From Octopus bimaculoides (taxonomy: Eukaryota): a stretch of 64,000 nt of DNA. The DNA lies in contig NC_068986.1 of assembly GCF_001194135.2 (NCBI RefSeq), positions 10,883,587-10,947,586 on the forward strand. The letters are read 5' to 3'. Below are positions 11,484 through 24,739 of this stretch, in pieces. The notes under the pieces are model-generated. The model did not search any database, was not told the DNA's origin, and was given only the letters and a program-made list of their open reading frames with translations. Position numbers and translations under genes: made by a program. Positions within the stretch are counted from its first letter, which is position 1, and each line of letters opens with the position of its first letter.

Positions 11484-12309
11484 TGAGAAAAAGAGAGAGA
11501 GATAGAAAGAGTGTGTGTGTGTGTGCGTGTGCTTGTGTGTGTGTGGATGTGTGTGCACGTATTGTGTTGTATTTAATTACTTGTTTCAGTGCGTCAACTG
11601 CACAAAGTTGTCGGCTGATATGCAGCATGTTGTTGATGATTCCATTTGTGCGTTAGTTCTACCAAATAGTGTTAAAAGTGCGAAGGAGAAAAGAAAAAAA
11701 GGGGGGAAAAAACGATAAAATTATAGAGAAGCCTCAACACAGAGACAAACTGAGAAGAGGGAAGAAGAGAAAAACATGAAGAAAGTTGGGGGGTGGGGGT
11801 GGGGGTGGAAAGGCATGAGTGAAAAAAAAAGTTATGAGAATGAGGAGAAAAAGAGACACGAATACAGAGTGAATAAGCGAAGGCGAAGGAAGAAAACTGT
11901 GTCAGATGAGAAGTTAAAAAGGAAAAAGAAAGTCAACTAGTTGCTTATATCTCACATTTCAATTAATTATTTTAGTTTCAGAGAAAACTAAAATAACTGA
12001 AGAAGAAAATATAGGATAGAAAAAAAGGGGGAAAATATGCTAAAACAAGAATAATACATTAATGTTTGTATTAGTCAGCCATTGAAAAGATATGATCTTA
12101 GTGTCAGGATGTGGGACAATATTATTATTCTTACAGCAATGTCAGTCAGTCATATGATTGTCACCCTAACACATCAACAGGCCAAGTTTGAAGAAGAATT
12201 TGCGGCAGATTTTGGCTGTTAACGTCGATCACTCTTTTGAGGAAACTATTGCATGCTTCGTATCAGCCCCTTAAATTATGCCTTATGATTTAGCTGAGAT
12301 GGGAGTTAT

Positions 12310-12520
12310 TGCTAATAATAATTAGCAATAATGGCTTGTCGGTTTCAAATTTTGGCACAAAGCCAGCAATTTTGGGAGGCAGGGTTAAGCCAATTAGACT
12401 TATCGGTTCTGAAAGGATGAAAGGTAAAGTCAACCTCGGCACAGTTTGAAAGCAGAACATAAAAACGTATAAAATGCTGAGCAGCATTTTGTCCGGGAAG
12501 CTAGCGATTCAGCCACCTGA
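12310..12520 (-). mobile_element. SINE family B
   Basis: Reverse-complement core GGATGAAAGGTAAAGTCAACCTCGGC. Confidence 0.7.
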
Positions 12521-12654
12521 ATATATTAACACAAGTTAATATATGAATAACAAAATAGGAATTTTGAAAGAAGTATCTATAAAACTAGTTTTTAAACATT
12601 GATTGGCTAAGGGGGTCCACCAGAAAAAAATGATAACGAAAGGGGTCTGTAGAT

Positions 12655-12867
12655 CAGTGCTCCACAACCGGTGGCAAATTGGTGTGCCAGAAGACAATGC
12701 CAGGTGTGCTGCAGCAGAACCTGAATATCATTTTTTTCCCTGTACTTTGTTATATTTTTAGTTCAGGTGTGCTGCCGAATTTTTAAAAGAATATAAGTGT
12801 ACCGCAAGTGTACACTTCTGAAAAGAATATAAGTGTACCGCAAGTGAAAAAAGGTTGCAGAGTATTG
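12655..12867. mobile_element. hAT (Charlie-like) MITE
   Basis: Imperfect TIRs CAGTGCTCCACAACC / GGTTGCAGAGTATTG; imperfect 8-bp TSD CTGTAGAT / CCATAGAT; internal direct repeat AAAGAATATAAGTGTACCGCAAGTG twice. Confidence 0.6.
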
Positions 12868-13062
12868 CCATAGATTGAAAAAAAAAAGGGGGGATTGAGG
12901 GCCACTGAGATACATCAACTAAAGGCTTGTTATGACAGTTCATCCTTATCACTAATACGAAATAATATCACCAGCCACCAGCAGCAAGTCATGTGATATT
13001 TTGTAACTGTGTTTTGTGGGATCTTCACATGCTATTATCTTCCAGCAGAATAGAAGCCTGGT

Positions 13063-13108
<46 letters not shown>

Positions 13109-13118
13109 NNNNNNNNNN

Positions 13119-13151
<33 letters not shown>

Positions 13152-13599
13152 GAGTGAGAGAGAGAGAGGTTGGGGTTGTGAAGATGCAGCTGTAAAGAAG
13201 TGGTACTCCTACTTGACAGAGGTTGATAGCATGATATGTCAAGTGATAAAGAAATAAAAACAACTCATTCAGATGGAGTCAGACTTTGGTATGAGCCATA
13301 GATTCGTGACCAATTAGTATCATAAGACTTGAGAGCAGCACACACACATACACAGATGATAATATTATTTCAAAACACTCCTTATTTACAACAAAATTTG
13401 GCACTAGGCACACAGGACCAAGGTTCTTTTGAGGGTATATATTTTTTTTTTCTAAAGTAAAGGAAAACAGAATGATGCTCTTCCACCAGAATGTTATCTG
13501 GTGTGAGAGGTGATACAGCTTCAACTCTTGTTTTGATTATACAACTTGAGACATTCCCCACATTGTCATGGTTAGCTAAGAGATAATTGGGGGTGGGGG

Positions 13600-13733
13600 A
13601 GCTAGTTGATTACATGGGCCTCAGCGGTCGACCCCAAAAGGATGAAAGGCAAAGTCGATCATAGTAGGATCTGAACTCAGAACATAAAGACAGACAAAAT
13701 ACCACTACGCATTTTGCCAGCTCACTACTTCAC

Positions 13734-13770
<37 letters not shown>

Positions 13771-13960
13771 CCTTTCTGCTATAGGCACAAGGCTTGAAAT
13801 TTTGGGGGAGGGAACTAGTCGACCCCCAGAACTCAACCAATACTTAATTTATCGACCACAAAAGGATGAAAGTCGACATCAGCGGAATTTCAACTCAGAT
13901 TGGGATGACAGGCGAAATACATTTTGTCCAGTGTGCTAACGATTTTACCAGCTCACCACC
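13600..13960 (-). mobile_element. Two SINE family B copies separated by (TAA)n
   Basis: Reverse-complement cores at about 13630 and 13850. Confidence 0.7.
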
Positions 13961-14174
13961 TTAATAATAATGATACTGGAGCCTGGTGTTGCCATCCGGT
14001 TTCACCAGTCCTCAGTCAAATCGTCCAACCCATGCTAGCATGGAAAGCGGACGTTAAACGATGATGANNNNNNNNNNAACCCATGCTAGCATGGAAAGCG
14101 GACGTTAAACGATGATGATGATGATGATGATGATAATAATAATAATAATGATAATAATAATGATAATAATAATA

Positions 14175-14413
14175 AAGGTAGTAGTGGTACCAATAATTGT
14201 TGGAGCCCTGGGAACAGCGAGTAAAAATTTCAAGAAGAACATGGAACAAATAGGGGCTGCAATAAGGGTGGAGCACTTGCAGAAAACAGCACTGCTTGGA
14301 ACCACTCGAATACTCCGGAAGGTGCTCGAAAAATAAGGGGTGTTACCTTAGTTCACTGGTAGTGAACAGCTGACACCGTAGTACACCTCCAGTGTTAGAA
14401 GCTGCGCAAAGGC
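14175..14413 (+). mobile_element. R4/Dong-like non-LTR element, extreme 3' fragment in a (TAA)n array
   Basis: VVVPIIVGALGT...LQKTALLGTTRILRKVLEK stop; (AAT)n on both sides; close paralog at 53830-54230. Confidence 0.8.
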
Positions 14414-15439
14414 AATAATAATAATAACCTGACAACTTCCTGTGTTTTCTTGTTGTTATTTATTTTATTTTTATTGAAAATATTAAGTCTTAGAACTGGG
14501 AAATTTGATCTGGTAAATCAAGAAAATCTTAAGTAAAAGGAAGTTACAGATCACTGCTATTAGATATACACACACTTGTTTTACATAGGCACTAACACAA
14601 AAACATGTGCAGACATATCCTCAAAATACACACATCAATACCTAGTAATACCTATTCACACAGACACATATACACTCATGCACACGCACACACACACACA
14701 CACACACATAAAATGCCAGCCAACTAAAAGATCTAAGATGAGGTAGATGAAACAAAAATTATTGCCTGCTATCATCTTATCTCTCCCTCCCTCCCACATC
14801 CATCAATAACCAAACTTGCCAGCCACTTTTTCACTTGAATTGGCACAGCTAGTTATGGAGAAGAGAAAGACACAGACACACAGACAGACTGTGTGTTGTA
14901 TTAGTAGGTTATACTAATTAGGACACTTCCACCACCACCATTACTATCAATCTTGGCTACCATCATTACACATACCACTATCATTTCAATACGCCTGCTA
15001 TTAACATCAATTTATTTCCAACTACCTTAAGCTTATCAACAATGTTAAATATCACTATATGTACTCTGTGTATGTGTGTGTGTGTGTGCATACATACTTT
15101 CAAACATAAATAAATACAATATATACATTCATTAGCTACACATCTATATCTAAGCCAAATAAGATTACCTATGAAGAAAAACCAAACAATACCGAAGTGA
15201 TCCCCACAAACCCTGAACCCACATTTTCCACTTTACAAGAATACAGGACAACCCAGAATAACAAGATTAAAAAAGAAATTCATAAAACAAGCATAATGCA
15301 TGCATGTTCCCATCATCAGCTGCCCATACGGTTATCATTATGGTTTCGACACCTGGGCAGTGCCATTCAATCCGGGAGTGTTGCCTGGGGAATCCACCAG
15401 CTTATTACTAAAAGTAACAACAGAAGAGTAAAGAAATAG

Positions 15440-15845
15440 TGATTATTTATAGCTAAGCAACTTGCAGATGCAAGTGGTACCAGTTGAAAGCTCCACATAC
15501 TGGACACTAGCAGGCTTATGGAGTCAGCAGGAGAGAATGCATGCCATTGAAGGGGCCTTCCTCCCAATGGCATTATTGTGCACCAACTACCCCGCACTTC
15601 ACTGAGGAGGCTCCACTTGTTAGATCAACTGGTTTCTAGACTTCACTCAATATTCTTCTAGCCATTTCTCATTGTCTCTTTTTAACCAAATCCAGTGGCT
15701 TGCCTTCTCCAATGTAGTCTGGATATCACTCATTGATAGTATTTGCTTTCAGAGTTAAGACTAGCAACAACAACCATCACACTGTTTTCAATGAATCCTT
15801 GACCTCCAACATTGATTGGATAATGCCTCTCTGCTCTCCAGCTTG
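15440..15845 (-). mobile_element. HERO-like (R2 group) non-LTR element, 3' fragment
   Basis: Frameshifted minus-strand translation: WRAERHYPINVGGQGFIENS and IQTTLEKASHWIWLKRDNEKWLE, resembling recalled HERO C-termini (PVEVGCRGF; AEKASHWLWLKR). Confidence 0.6.
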
Positions 15846-15875
15846 TGTCTTTTTACGTTTCTCAAGGAATATAGG

Positions 15876-16060
15876 TGCAGGTGTAGTGTATAGGCAAGTG
15901 TGGTTATATGGTTAAGGAGCTGGCTTCCCAACCATGTGGTTCTGGGTTCAGTCCCACTCTGTGGCACCTTGTGCAAGTGTCTTCTACTATATCCTTGGGC
16001 CGATCAAAGCCTTGTGAGTGGATTTGATAGACGGAAACTGAAAGAAGTCCGTCGTATATA
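15876..16060 (+). mobile_element. SINE family A, 5' half
   Basis: Head and centre, ending at (TA)n where an RTE fragment begins. Confidence 0.8.
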
Positions 16061-16074
16061 TATATATATATATA

Positions 16075-16825
16075 TGCTGGATGTGTAATGTCAGTGTGCA
16101 TATACAACAGAGTGTAAGTACCCTGAGAGGAAAGTTGGACATAAGAAGCATTGGATGTGGTGTGCATGTGAGATGTCTGTGCTGGTATGGTCATGTGCTG
16201 TGTATGGATGAGGACAGCTGTGTGAAAAAGTATCACACCCTAGCAGTAGAGGGAACCTGTGAAAGAGGTAGACCCAGGAAGAAATGGGATAAGGTGGTGA
16301 AGCACAACCTTCGAACGTTGGGCCTCACCAAGGCAATGACAAGTGACCAAGACCTTTGGAGATATGCTTTGCTTCAGAAGACCTGGTAAGCCGAGTGAGA
16401 CCATAACCGTGGCCTATGTATGCCAGTGCATCATAACTGGCCCATTTAAAAGTACCCTTCAATCATTGGGCAGTAAACTGCACTTGCAAAGACCTGTTGA
16501 GGCAAGTGAAGTCATTGTCATGGCCGATGCCAGTACTGCCTGATTGGCACTCATGCTGGTGGCACATAAGAAGCACCATTCAAGCGTGATCAATGCCAGT
16601 ATTGCCTGACTGGCTCCCGTGCCAGTGGCATGTAAAAAGCACCATTCGACATAATCGCTGCCAATGCCGCCTGACTGGCTCCTATGCTGGTGTCACATAA
16701 AAAGCACCATTCAAGCGTGGTCGATGCCAGTACCACCTGACTGGCCTCCGTGCTGGTGACACATACAAGCACCCATTACACTCTGGGAGTGGTTGGCATT
16801 AGGAAGGGCATCCAGCTGTAGAAAC
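16075..16825 (+). mobile_element. RTE-clade LINE 3' end with 3' UTR containing tandem subrepeats
   Basis: CLCWYGHVLCM...VEGTCERGRPRKKWD, typical RTE C-terminus; stop at 16389, then family C body with AAAAAGCACCATTC subrepeats. Confidence 0.8.
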
Positions 16826-17448
16826 TTTGGCGGTGCTCCAGCATGGCCACAATCAAATCATGGAAACGATGATGATAGTGAGAATAGTAATGATGGATGA
16901 CAATGACGGTCACAACACCAAAGTTCATTATGATGACAATGACACAAAGACGATGATGATGGTAATAACAATGATGCTAATGACCGTGAAAATGATAACG
17001 ATGGTAATGATATATCGGAATGGGAAATGAGATGCAATAACAATCACATCTTGCAAGCATTCGCCATAACATCATCAACGAAAAGTCTTTTCAACCAGGA
17101 ATCAACCAAAACAAAACTGGGTCACAAATTCACCTGACCACTTAGCTTAGTTCCAACTCTACTACAGTGCCTACCACAGAAATTAAATTAAATATTGATT
17201 AATTGATTGATTGATTGATTGATTGAATCTTGTGAAACAAATATTTTTCGCATCAATAAATTCTATAAAACAAATGATTTTGCTTGTTTTTCTTTTTTGT
17301 TGTTATTTTTGGATTGGGTTTTATCTTTTAGAAAATTGCAAATAAAAGATGGGCTTCTTTTTTTTTTTCTGTTTTTCTTGCTATTTCTATGACCTCACAC
17401 CACACAGACTTCTCTTCCATAGAAACACTTCCTGTTTCCTATTCTTAG

Positions 17449-17512
17449 CGAATGGTTTCAACACAGCTCCGCCATGTCTGTCTACTACTTCAATATCTGC
17501 TTTATTCAGAAG
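17449..17512 (+). CDS. Candidate 64-nt exon
   Basis: Strong pyrimidine tract TTCCTGTTTCCTATTCTTAG, moderate donor AG/GTCAGC, GCCATG at 17471-17476; no homology recognised. Confidence 0.25.
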
Positions 17513-18699
17513 GTCAGCCTATCAACTCACTCGACTGGATTTTTAAGTTTTTAACATAATTGTTTAAAGAAGAATGTGTTTGGGGGATGGGGTATGCATG
17601 CGTGGGTGTATGTGTGTATGTGCACATGGACGCGTGTGTGCATACATTTGGGGGGTCATGTGTATGCATGCACAGGGTGTGTGCATGCACAATTAAATGT
17701 GTCAATGCATATAAGTGCATGTGCCTATGTCAAATAAGTATGCATATTGAGTGAAGTTGCATATTTCAAGATTGCATGCATCAGGTGAGAGTGCATATGT
17801 TAAGAGAATGTGCACACACTGCAGGTACATATATTACTTGAGGATGTATTTGTGTGTATGTATACACACACTCGTTCGTGTGTGTGTATTTATGTCTCTG
17901 TAACTTAGCAGTTTGGTAAAAAAAAAAGACTGATAAAATAAGTACAGGCTTTTTAAAAGGAAATAAGTAGTGAGGTCAAGTCATTCGGCTAAAAACATTG
18001 TTGAAGGTGGTGCCCCAGCATGGCCGCAGTATAATGACTGAAACAAGTAAAAGATTAAACGGTGAGGCAATAATGAGGAGGAGGGGTAGGAGGAGGAGGC
18101 TCTAAAACTAACAAATTAGTTAATCAATTGATCGAAGCTCCAATATCAATTATTGTCTGTTTAGATAATTAGCAATTAGACAGTGATGAATATAACACTG
18201 TTGGAGGAAGAGTAAAACAAGCTGTTTGGGGAGGGGGGGTCCTCATGCGAGAAATTCTGTCTCTTGGGAGTTGGCACAATTAGGGTTACTTGGGGTAAGA
18301 ATGTTCCAGATATTTTGAATAAACTGTGAAAATTTAATGTCTTTCAGTTGTGTTTGTACTATAAGCTGCTAAAATATTCTTCCTATATGTCATAGTGCCA
18401 TGCAAACTGAACCGTGGAGAAGAATGGTGGGAGGATAAGATGTACTGAAGAGGAATTCATAGGCTCAAAAGACAGTAATCTAAATCAAAAGTTCCAAAAC
18501 CACTGCCTTGCAGGATCTAATATCAGAAAGTTCAGCTGCTGGTGGCATTTGACTCATGTTTTGGCATCAAATGAATCTATTCATTTTAAGAGGAGGAGCA
18601 GAATTAGTCAACTGACTGGTGACAGTTAAGGATTAGCAACAGGAAGGGCATCCAGCCATTAAATAATGCCTCAACAATAAATATATGTTCAACCCTTGC

Positions 18700-19075
18700 T
18701 AGTCATCATCATCATCGTCGTCGTCGTTTTACTTCCGTTTTCCATGCTGGCATGGGTTGGACGGTTCAATTGATGTCTGGGAAGCCAGGAGGCTGCACCA
18801 GGCTCCAATCTGATCTGCCAAAGTTTCTACAGTTGGATGCCCTTCCTAATGCCAACCACTCCGAGAGTGTGGTGGGCGCATTTTACATGTCACTGGCACG
18901 GGAGCCAGTAGAGTCCGGGGGGGGGGGCCTGGCATCAACCACATTCCAATGGTGCTTTTTACATGCCACCAGCACAAGAAGCCAGTCAGGCGGCACTGGC
19001 AACGACCCACACATGAATGATGTTTATTGCATGCCAACAGCACAGGAGCCAGTCAGGCGGCACTGGCATCGCCCA
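18700..19075 (-). mobile_element. Family C (RTE-tail) element
   Basis: (GAT/GAC)n tail, TTTTCCATGCTGGCATGGGTTGGACGG, subrepeats GCCAGTCAGGCGGCACTGGCA. Confidence 0.8.
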
Positions 19076-20561
19076 CAGAGGGAGGGAGAATTGATGCACT
19101 GTTGTAAAGCAGCCTTTTGCCACTTTTGTATCGTCTTTTGACAACGGTTGTCACTCTGACAGATATTGTTATATTCCAAAGTCATCAATAGAATATTTTT
19201 ATCTGGTACTGTATGACCCCCAGTCATACAGTGTTATTATCCTCAAAAGGTTGGATCAATATAACGTCCATTCAGCATCACAGTATAATTACTATATCAA
19301 CACAGTGTACATGTACTCTTGACCTTCCTGACCTTCTCCCTTTCGACCAGCTACTGGTCTATATTTAATGACTGGCTATTACCACTTTTTACAGGGAGGA
19401 ACATACAGTTTCACTATACAACTTGCATAAACACTGAAAAATATATCAACAGTATGAACTCAGTGAAACTACAACACATTATAAGACTGTAGTAAATCCA
19501 AAGGAAAAGTCTTGCATACACATAATGGGCTAAAATTTTACAGCAACATAATTAATAGAAAAGCATAAATTTTAAAAAGAGTTCAAAATTTAATTATGCT
19601 CAACAGCTGTTTCCTTAGCAATAAACATCATTAATTCCACAAGTACACAAAGTATGAACTATATGAAATTTATGCTTTACTACTTTGTGTTCTTCACACA
19701 TACACACAAATACAATTATCGTTATTTTGTCCACTTATCCATGCTTGCATGGGTTGAACAGACTTGGAAGTAGATTTTCTGTAGCTTGATGCCCTTCTTG
19801 TTGCTAACCTTTATCTTTTTCCAAGCAAGATATTATTTCCCCCTTGACCAGGCATGGAAGATTGGAAAGGAACAACTCGCTTGTATGACACTGATGCTCA
19901 TTTACAACTATCACACAAAAAGCACCCAGTCCACACTCTGTAGAGTATTTGGTGTTAGGAAGGCAATCCAACTGCAGAAACCATACCAAAGCTGACAGAA
20001 GACCTTGGTGCAGCTCTTCAGTCTCGCCAGCTCCTGTCAAACTCTTCAACCCATGCCAGCATGGAAAGGGGATATGCAATGATGACAACGATGATACATA
20101 CATATACACACATATGTAAATCTTTATACAAGCATAGATATCTAAAGTATTTTCTCAAAAGATCGACACACTTCAGTAAGCACTTTTACTGAGTTTTGTA
20201 GTGAAATTTCTCAGCATGGAGAACGGAGATCTATATTTGCCTTTCATCCGAGTTGGATGGTCGATAAAATATGTAGAAATAACACACTGCGAAAAAGGAA
20301 GAGGTGGGGCCAATTCCATTGGCTATCCTTTCCCCTGACTACACCCACACACACTAAAAATTGGCTTTGTGGCAAGTCAAAGGAAATCATTATTTTAATA
20401 ACAAGAGGGTGGTGGATGCAAATTTGATTAACCCGCCATTCATTAGGAATGTAAACTTGCAAGACAACAAAGTAGTTTTATGCATCAGCAACCTTTGTTT
20501 TTGTTTGTTTTTTGTCAATAAAACTGAAAGGAACAGACAACCTAACACAAAACATGTGCAA

Positions 20562-20597
<36 letters not shown>

Positions 20598-20619
20598 CAT
20601 CATTATTATTACTATTTAA

Positions 20620-21650
20620 GGCAGTGAGTTGGCAGAATCGTTAGCACGCCGGGCAAAATGCTTAGCGGTATTTTGTCTGCTGCTACATTCTGAGTTCAAA
20701 TTCTGCTGAGGTCGACTTTGTCTTTCATCCTTTTGGGGTCGATGAAATAAGTACCAGTTACGCACTGGGGATCGATGTAATCAACTAGCCCCCTTCCCCA
20801 AATGTGAGGCCTTGTGCTCCCAGTAGAAAGGATTATTATTATTATTATTATTATTAAGGCAGCAAGCTGGCAGAATTGTTAACATGCCAGGCAAAATGTT
20901 CAGTAGCATTCCATCTGTTTACGTTCAGAGTTCAAATTCCTCCAAGGTCGATTTTGCTTTCCATGAAATTGCTGGCCTTGTGCCAAAATTTGAAGCCATT
21001 ACTATTATTATTATTATTATTACTGAGCAGGCAGCACACTAGGCAAAATGCTCAACAACATTTGTTTTGGCTGTATACGTTCTGAGTTCAAATTCAACTG
21101 AGACTGATTGACTTTCATCCTTTCAGGGTCAATAAAATAAGTACCAGTTACATACTAGGGTTGATGTAATTGATTCATCCCCTTAGCCAAAAATTTCTGG
21201 CCTTGTGCTTAAAGTAGAAAGGATCATCATCATCGTCATCATCATCATCATTAAAATAATCATTATTCTTTTCTGCTCTAGGCACAAGGACCGAAATTTC
21301 GGGGGAGGGTGCCAGTCGATTAGATCGACCCCAGTATGCAACTGGTAAATTAAGAATTTATCGACCCCCCAAAAGGATGAAAGGCAAAGTCGACCTCGGT
21401 GGAATTTGAACTCAGAACGTAAAGACAGGTGAAATAGCGCTAAGCATTTTTGCCTGGCATGATAACATTTCTGCCAGCTCAGCGCCTTTAAAATAATCAT
21501 TATTGGCTGTAGATTGGCAGAACCATTAGAGCATCAGAATAAACACAGCGAAGTATTTCCTCTATGTTCTGAGTTCAAATCTTGCCATCTCAATTCTCCC
21601 TTTTGTCCTCTCAGCATTTATAAAATTAAGGACCAGTCAAGTATGGGGAT
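20620..21650. mobile_element. Cluster of about 5 SINE family B copies in both orientations, interleaved with (ATT)n
   Basis: Repeated GGCAGAATCGTTAGCA heads and TTTCATCCTTT.GGGGTCGAT cores. Confidence 0.8.
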
Positions 21651-21789
21651 TACATCTTAAAATATGTAATCTTCATCTGCGACACTAAAGATGTGGAACC
21701 ACAACAGAGTAGAGCACAGCATAGACTGTGCCATTTTATGCTGCATGGTAGCAACAAAATAAACTCCAAAAAATGTGAAATAAACAGAG

Positions 21790-22120
21790 GTATGACTGTG
21801 TGGTAAGAAGCTTGCTTCCCAACCACAAGGCTCTGGGTTCAGTCCCACTGCATGGTACCTTCAAGTGAGTTCTACTATAGCCTCAAGCTGATCAAAGCCT
21901 TGTGAGTGGATTTGGAAGATGGAAACTGAAAGAAGCCCATCGTGTGTATGTATATACGTGTATGTGTATGTGTGTATGTCCACTACCACATAACTAGTGT
22001 TGGTGTGTTTACATCCATGTAACTTAGCAGTTCAGCAAAAAAAAAAAGTACTGATGTTGATTCATTTAACTAAAACTTCTTCAAGGCAGTGCCCCAGTAT
22101 GGCCACAGTCTGAAACAAAA
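21790..22120 (+). mobile_element. SINE family A
   Basis: Head, centre and tail match other copies. Confidence 0.75.
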
Positions 22121-22994
22121 GACGAAAGGTAGAAAAGTTGGGTATAAATGAATAACGTGCTGCGTATTAATGGTCGCTGTATTTGATATCCAAAAATGTC
22201 GGTGGTAGAGTTTGGTTACCAACTGGGGCATGAGGGCACAGACCATTAAAAATCTCTGGTTTCATGCAGTGATTACACACCACTACTACAACAGCTCGTT
22301 ATTCACCTTTATTGGGGCAAATGGTATTAGATCATTTCCTGATCATCTCAATTTAGCCATTGTATTCATTCTTTCTTTCTCTCACTACTCTTCTTCTGTT
22401 AATCCTCCACCCAACATGGTCTCTTCTGTTAGTCCCCACCTCCTTCCACTACCACCTTCTCACAATAATAAACATACCCCTTTCGTCCACCCCTCTTAAC
22501 ACCGTGTTTTAAGCTCAGTTTTGGTCATTAATCCTCTTAGAGCTATAAAGGATCTTTAGTCTTGTGAGTTGACTGGTGGTGGAGCTACTAAAAATACTGG
22601 CTCCCAGTACACTCTGTAAAGTGGTTGGCAAATCAGGCAGAGACGACGTGCAGTTGAGATGATTCTTTGGTCTAGTCGAGAGCAGACAACCTGTCTAGTG
22701 CTGGTGCCATGACAAAATGTACTCAGTACACACTGTAAAGTGATTGGTGTTGGGAAGGGCATCCAGCCATAGAAACTGAGACAACCAAGAGAGAGTAATA
22801 AACCTCTTACAATGCTGGGGAACCACTGTGAAGGATTTTAGTTAAATGTATCGACCTCTAGGACTTTGTTTTTTTTTCCTTAAGCTTAGTATTTATTCTA
22901 TCCATTTCTTTTGCTGGACCATCAGGGGCATATATACACTAACACTGGTTGTCTAGTGGGGCGACAAACACAAACACATTACATATATATATAT

Positions 22995-23135
22995 AGGAGA
23001 ATATACGAAAAAACAACAACAGACGAGGACAGGTGTATTAGTATGACGCTCGGGAATACGGAAAGTCTTTGACGTTTCGAGCTACGCTCTTCAACAGAAA
23101 GAATATGGAGACAAGGAGAAAAACACGGAGCATAT
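22995..23135 (-). mobile_element. Penelope-like terminal repeat fragment
   Basis: Minus strand CTGTTGAAGAGCGTAGCTCGAAACGTC resembles the hammerhead-like motif at PLE termini; no coding remnant seen. Confidence 0.45.
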
Positions 23136-23599
23136 ATGGATAATAACAAGTGGAGCAAAACGCATGTCGATGAAAGTTCCTTTAATTCCTACATATATGT
23201 TTCAAAACAAATGAGGGGCCATTTCACAATGAAGAAAGGGCTGGTGGAGTCATTTATTTCTCTTCAGGGAGATCATAATAAAACATGTAATGTTATTCAA
23301 ATTATCGAAAGTTTTAATAACTGAGATAATATTAATATATACATAAAATTATATATATATATATATATATATANNNNNNNNNNNNNNNNNNNNNNNNNNN
23401 NNNNNNNNNNNNNNNNNNNNNNNNNNNNNNNNNNNNNNNNNNNNNNNNNNNNNNNNNNNNNNNNNNNNNNNNNNNNNNNNNNNNNNNNNNNNNNNNNNNN
23501 NNNNNNNNNNNNNNNNNNNNNNNNNNNNNNNNNNNNNNNNNNNNNNNNNNNNTACCAGAAATGCATAACACTGAATAAGCTATTTGTACAGAAAAGTAT

Positions 23600-23636
<37 letters not shown>

Positions 23637-24404
23637 CATACACACACACACAAAGCATGAGAAGAAACATACTAAAGGAAAAAAAAAATCTACTGTCATT
23701 TCTAATGAAAGAAAGTTCAAATTTCACTTTTCTACCAGGTGTTTACTTACAATAATCTAGGTCAAATTTGAAACCTGTATGTTCAGCCATCAGTGTTAAC
23801 AAAGGAAAGAAACCAAACACTTATCAGACATACTTTAAAACCTGATCTAGTCTATGTCACACACACTCACACCCCTACAATATTGAATGTCTCTAAGGCT
23901 GTAACAGACTTTTCATTCAATTTTTTTTTGCTGTCAATCAAACCAAAATATGAAAGAGACATTCTAAAAACTGATATCAACTCCTCAAAAAGGCATTAGT
24001 CTGCTCAGGACCACAGTAGACCACACTTGCTCAAGATGTCACACAAGGGAACTGAACCCAAAACCACATGGTTGCAAAGCAAACTTCTTAACTCCATAAC
24101 CATGCCTGCACCTCTATATACACAATGCAATTAACTGAAAGTCTGATTGATAAAGGTGCCCTGATTTCACTAATAAGAACATGGATTTCACAGTTGAAGC
24201 TCTAGTCAGGCTTCAACTGAAAGAATAAGTTTGTGACATGGGAGATATAGAGATATTTGAAAGAATAAGTTTAGATTGAAAAATAATCTTTTATTTTATA
24301 AGATTAAGCCAAGACCAGACTAAACATTACCACAAGTCATATATCTAATGATCTTAGTTTATAGTTGATTCAATATCAGATGAATCCTCACTCTCATGTG
24401 GTAC

Positions 24405-24730
24405 CATTGTGGCTGTGTAGTAAGAAGTTTGCTTCCCACCCTCAGGTTCTTGGGTTCAGTCCCACTGCATGGCACTTTGAGCAAGTGATTTCCCTATAGC
24501 CTCAGGCTGACCAAATCTTTGTGAGGGGAGTTGGTAGATGGAAACTTGGGCAAGTATCTTTTACTACAGCCTCGGGCTGACCAAAACCTTGTGAGCAGAT
24601 TTGGTAGAAAGAAACTGAAAGAGGCCTGTTGTGTATGCGTATGGTTGTCAAGTGGTGGTGGGACGAACAATGTTGGTGTGTTTACATCCCCTTAACTTAG
24701 TCCAGCAAAAGAGAGACAGACAGAATAGGT
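24405..24730 (+). mobile_element. SINE family A with internal duplication of the central segment
   Basis: GGCAAGT..CTACTATAGCCTC.GGCTGACCAAA..CTTGTGAG occurs twice. Confidence 0.7.
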
Positions 24731-24739
24731 AACTTTGAT

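Noticed and set aside
14020-14125. Duplicated RTE tail across a 10-N gap; similar cases at 25786-25875 and 38178-38206
   Set aside because: Identical sequence on both sides of fixed 10-N gaps indicates unmerged contig overlaps.
23751-23774. 24-nt minus-strand microexon candidate (GFKFDLDY)
   Set aside because: The donor is good but the acceptor lacks a pyrimidine tract.
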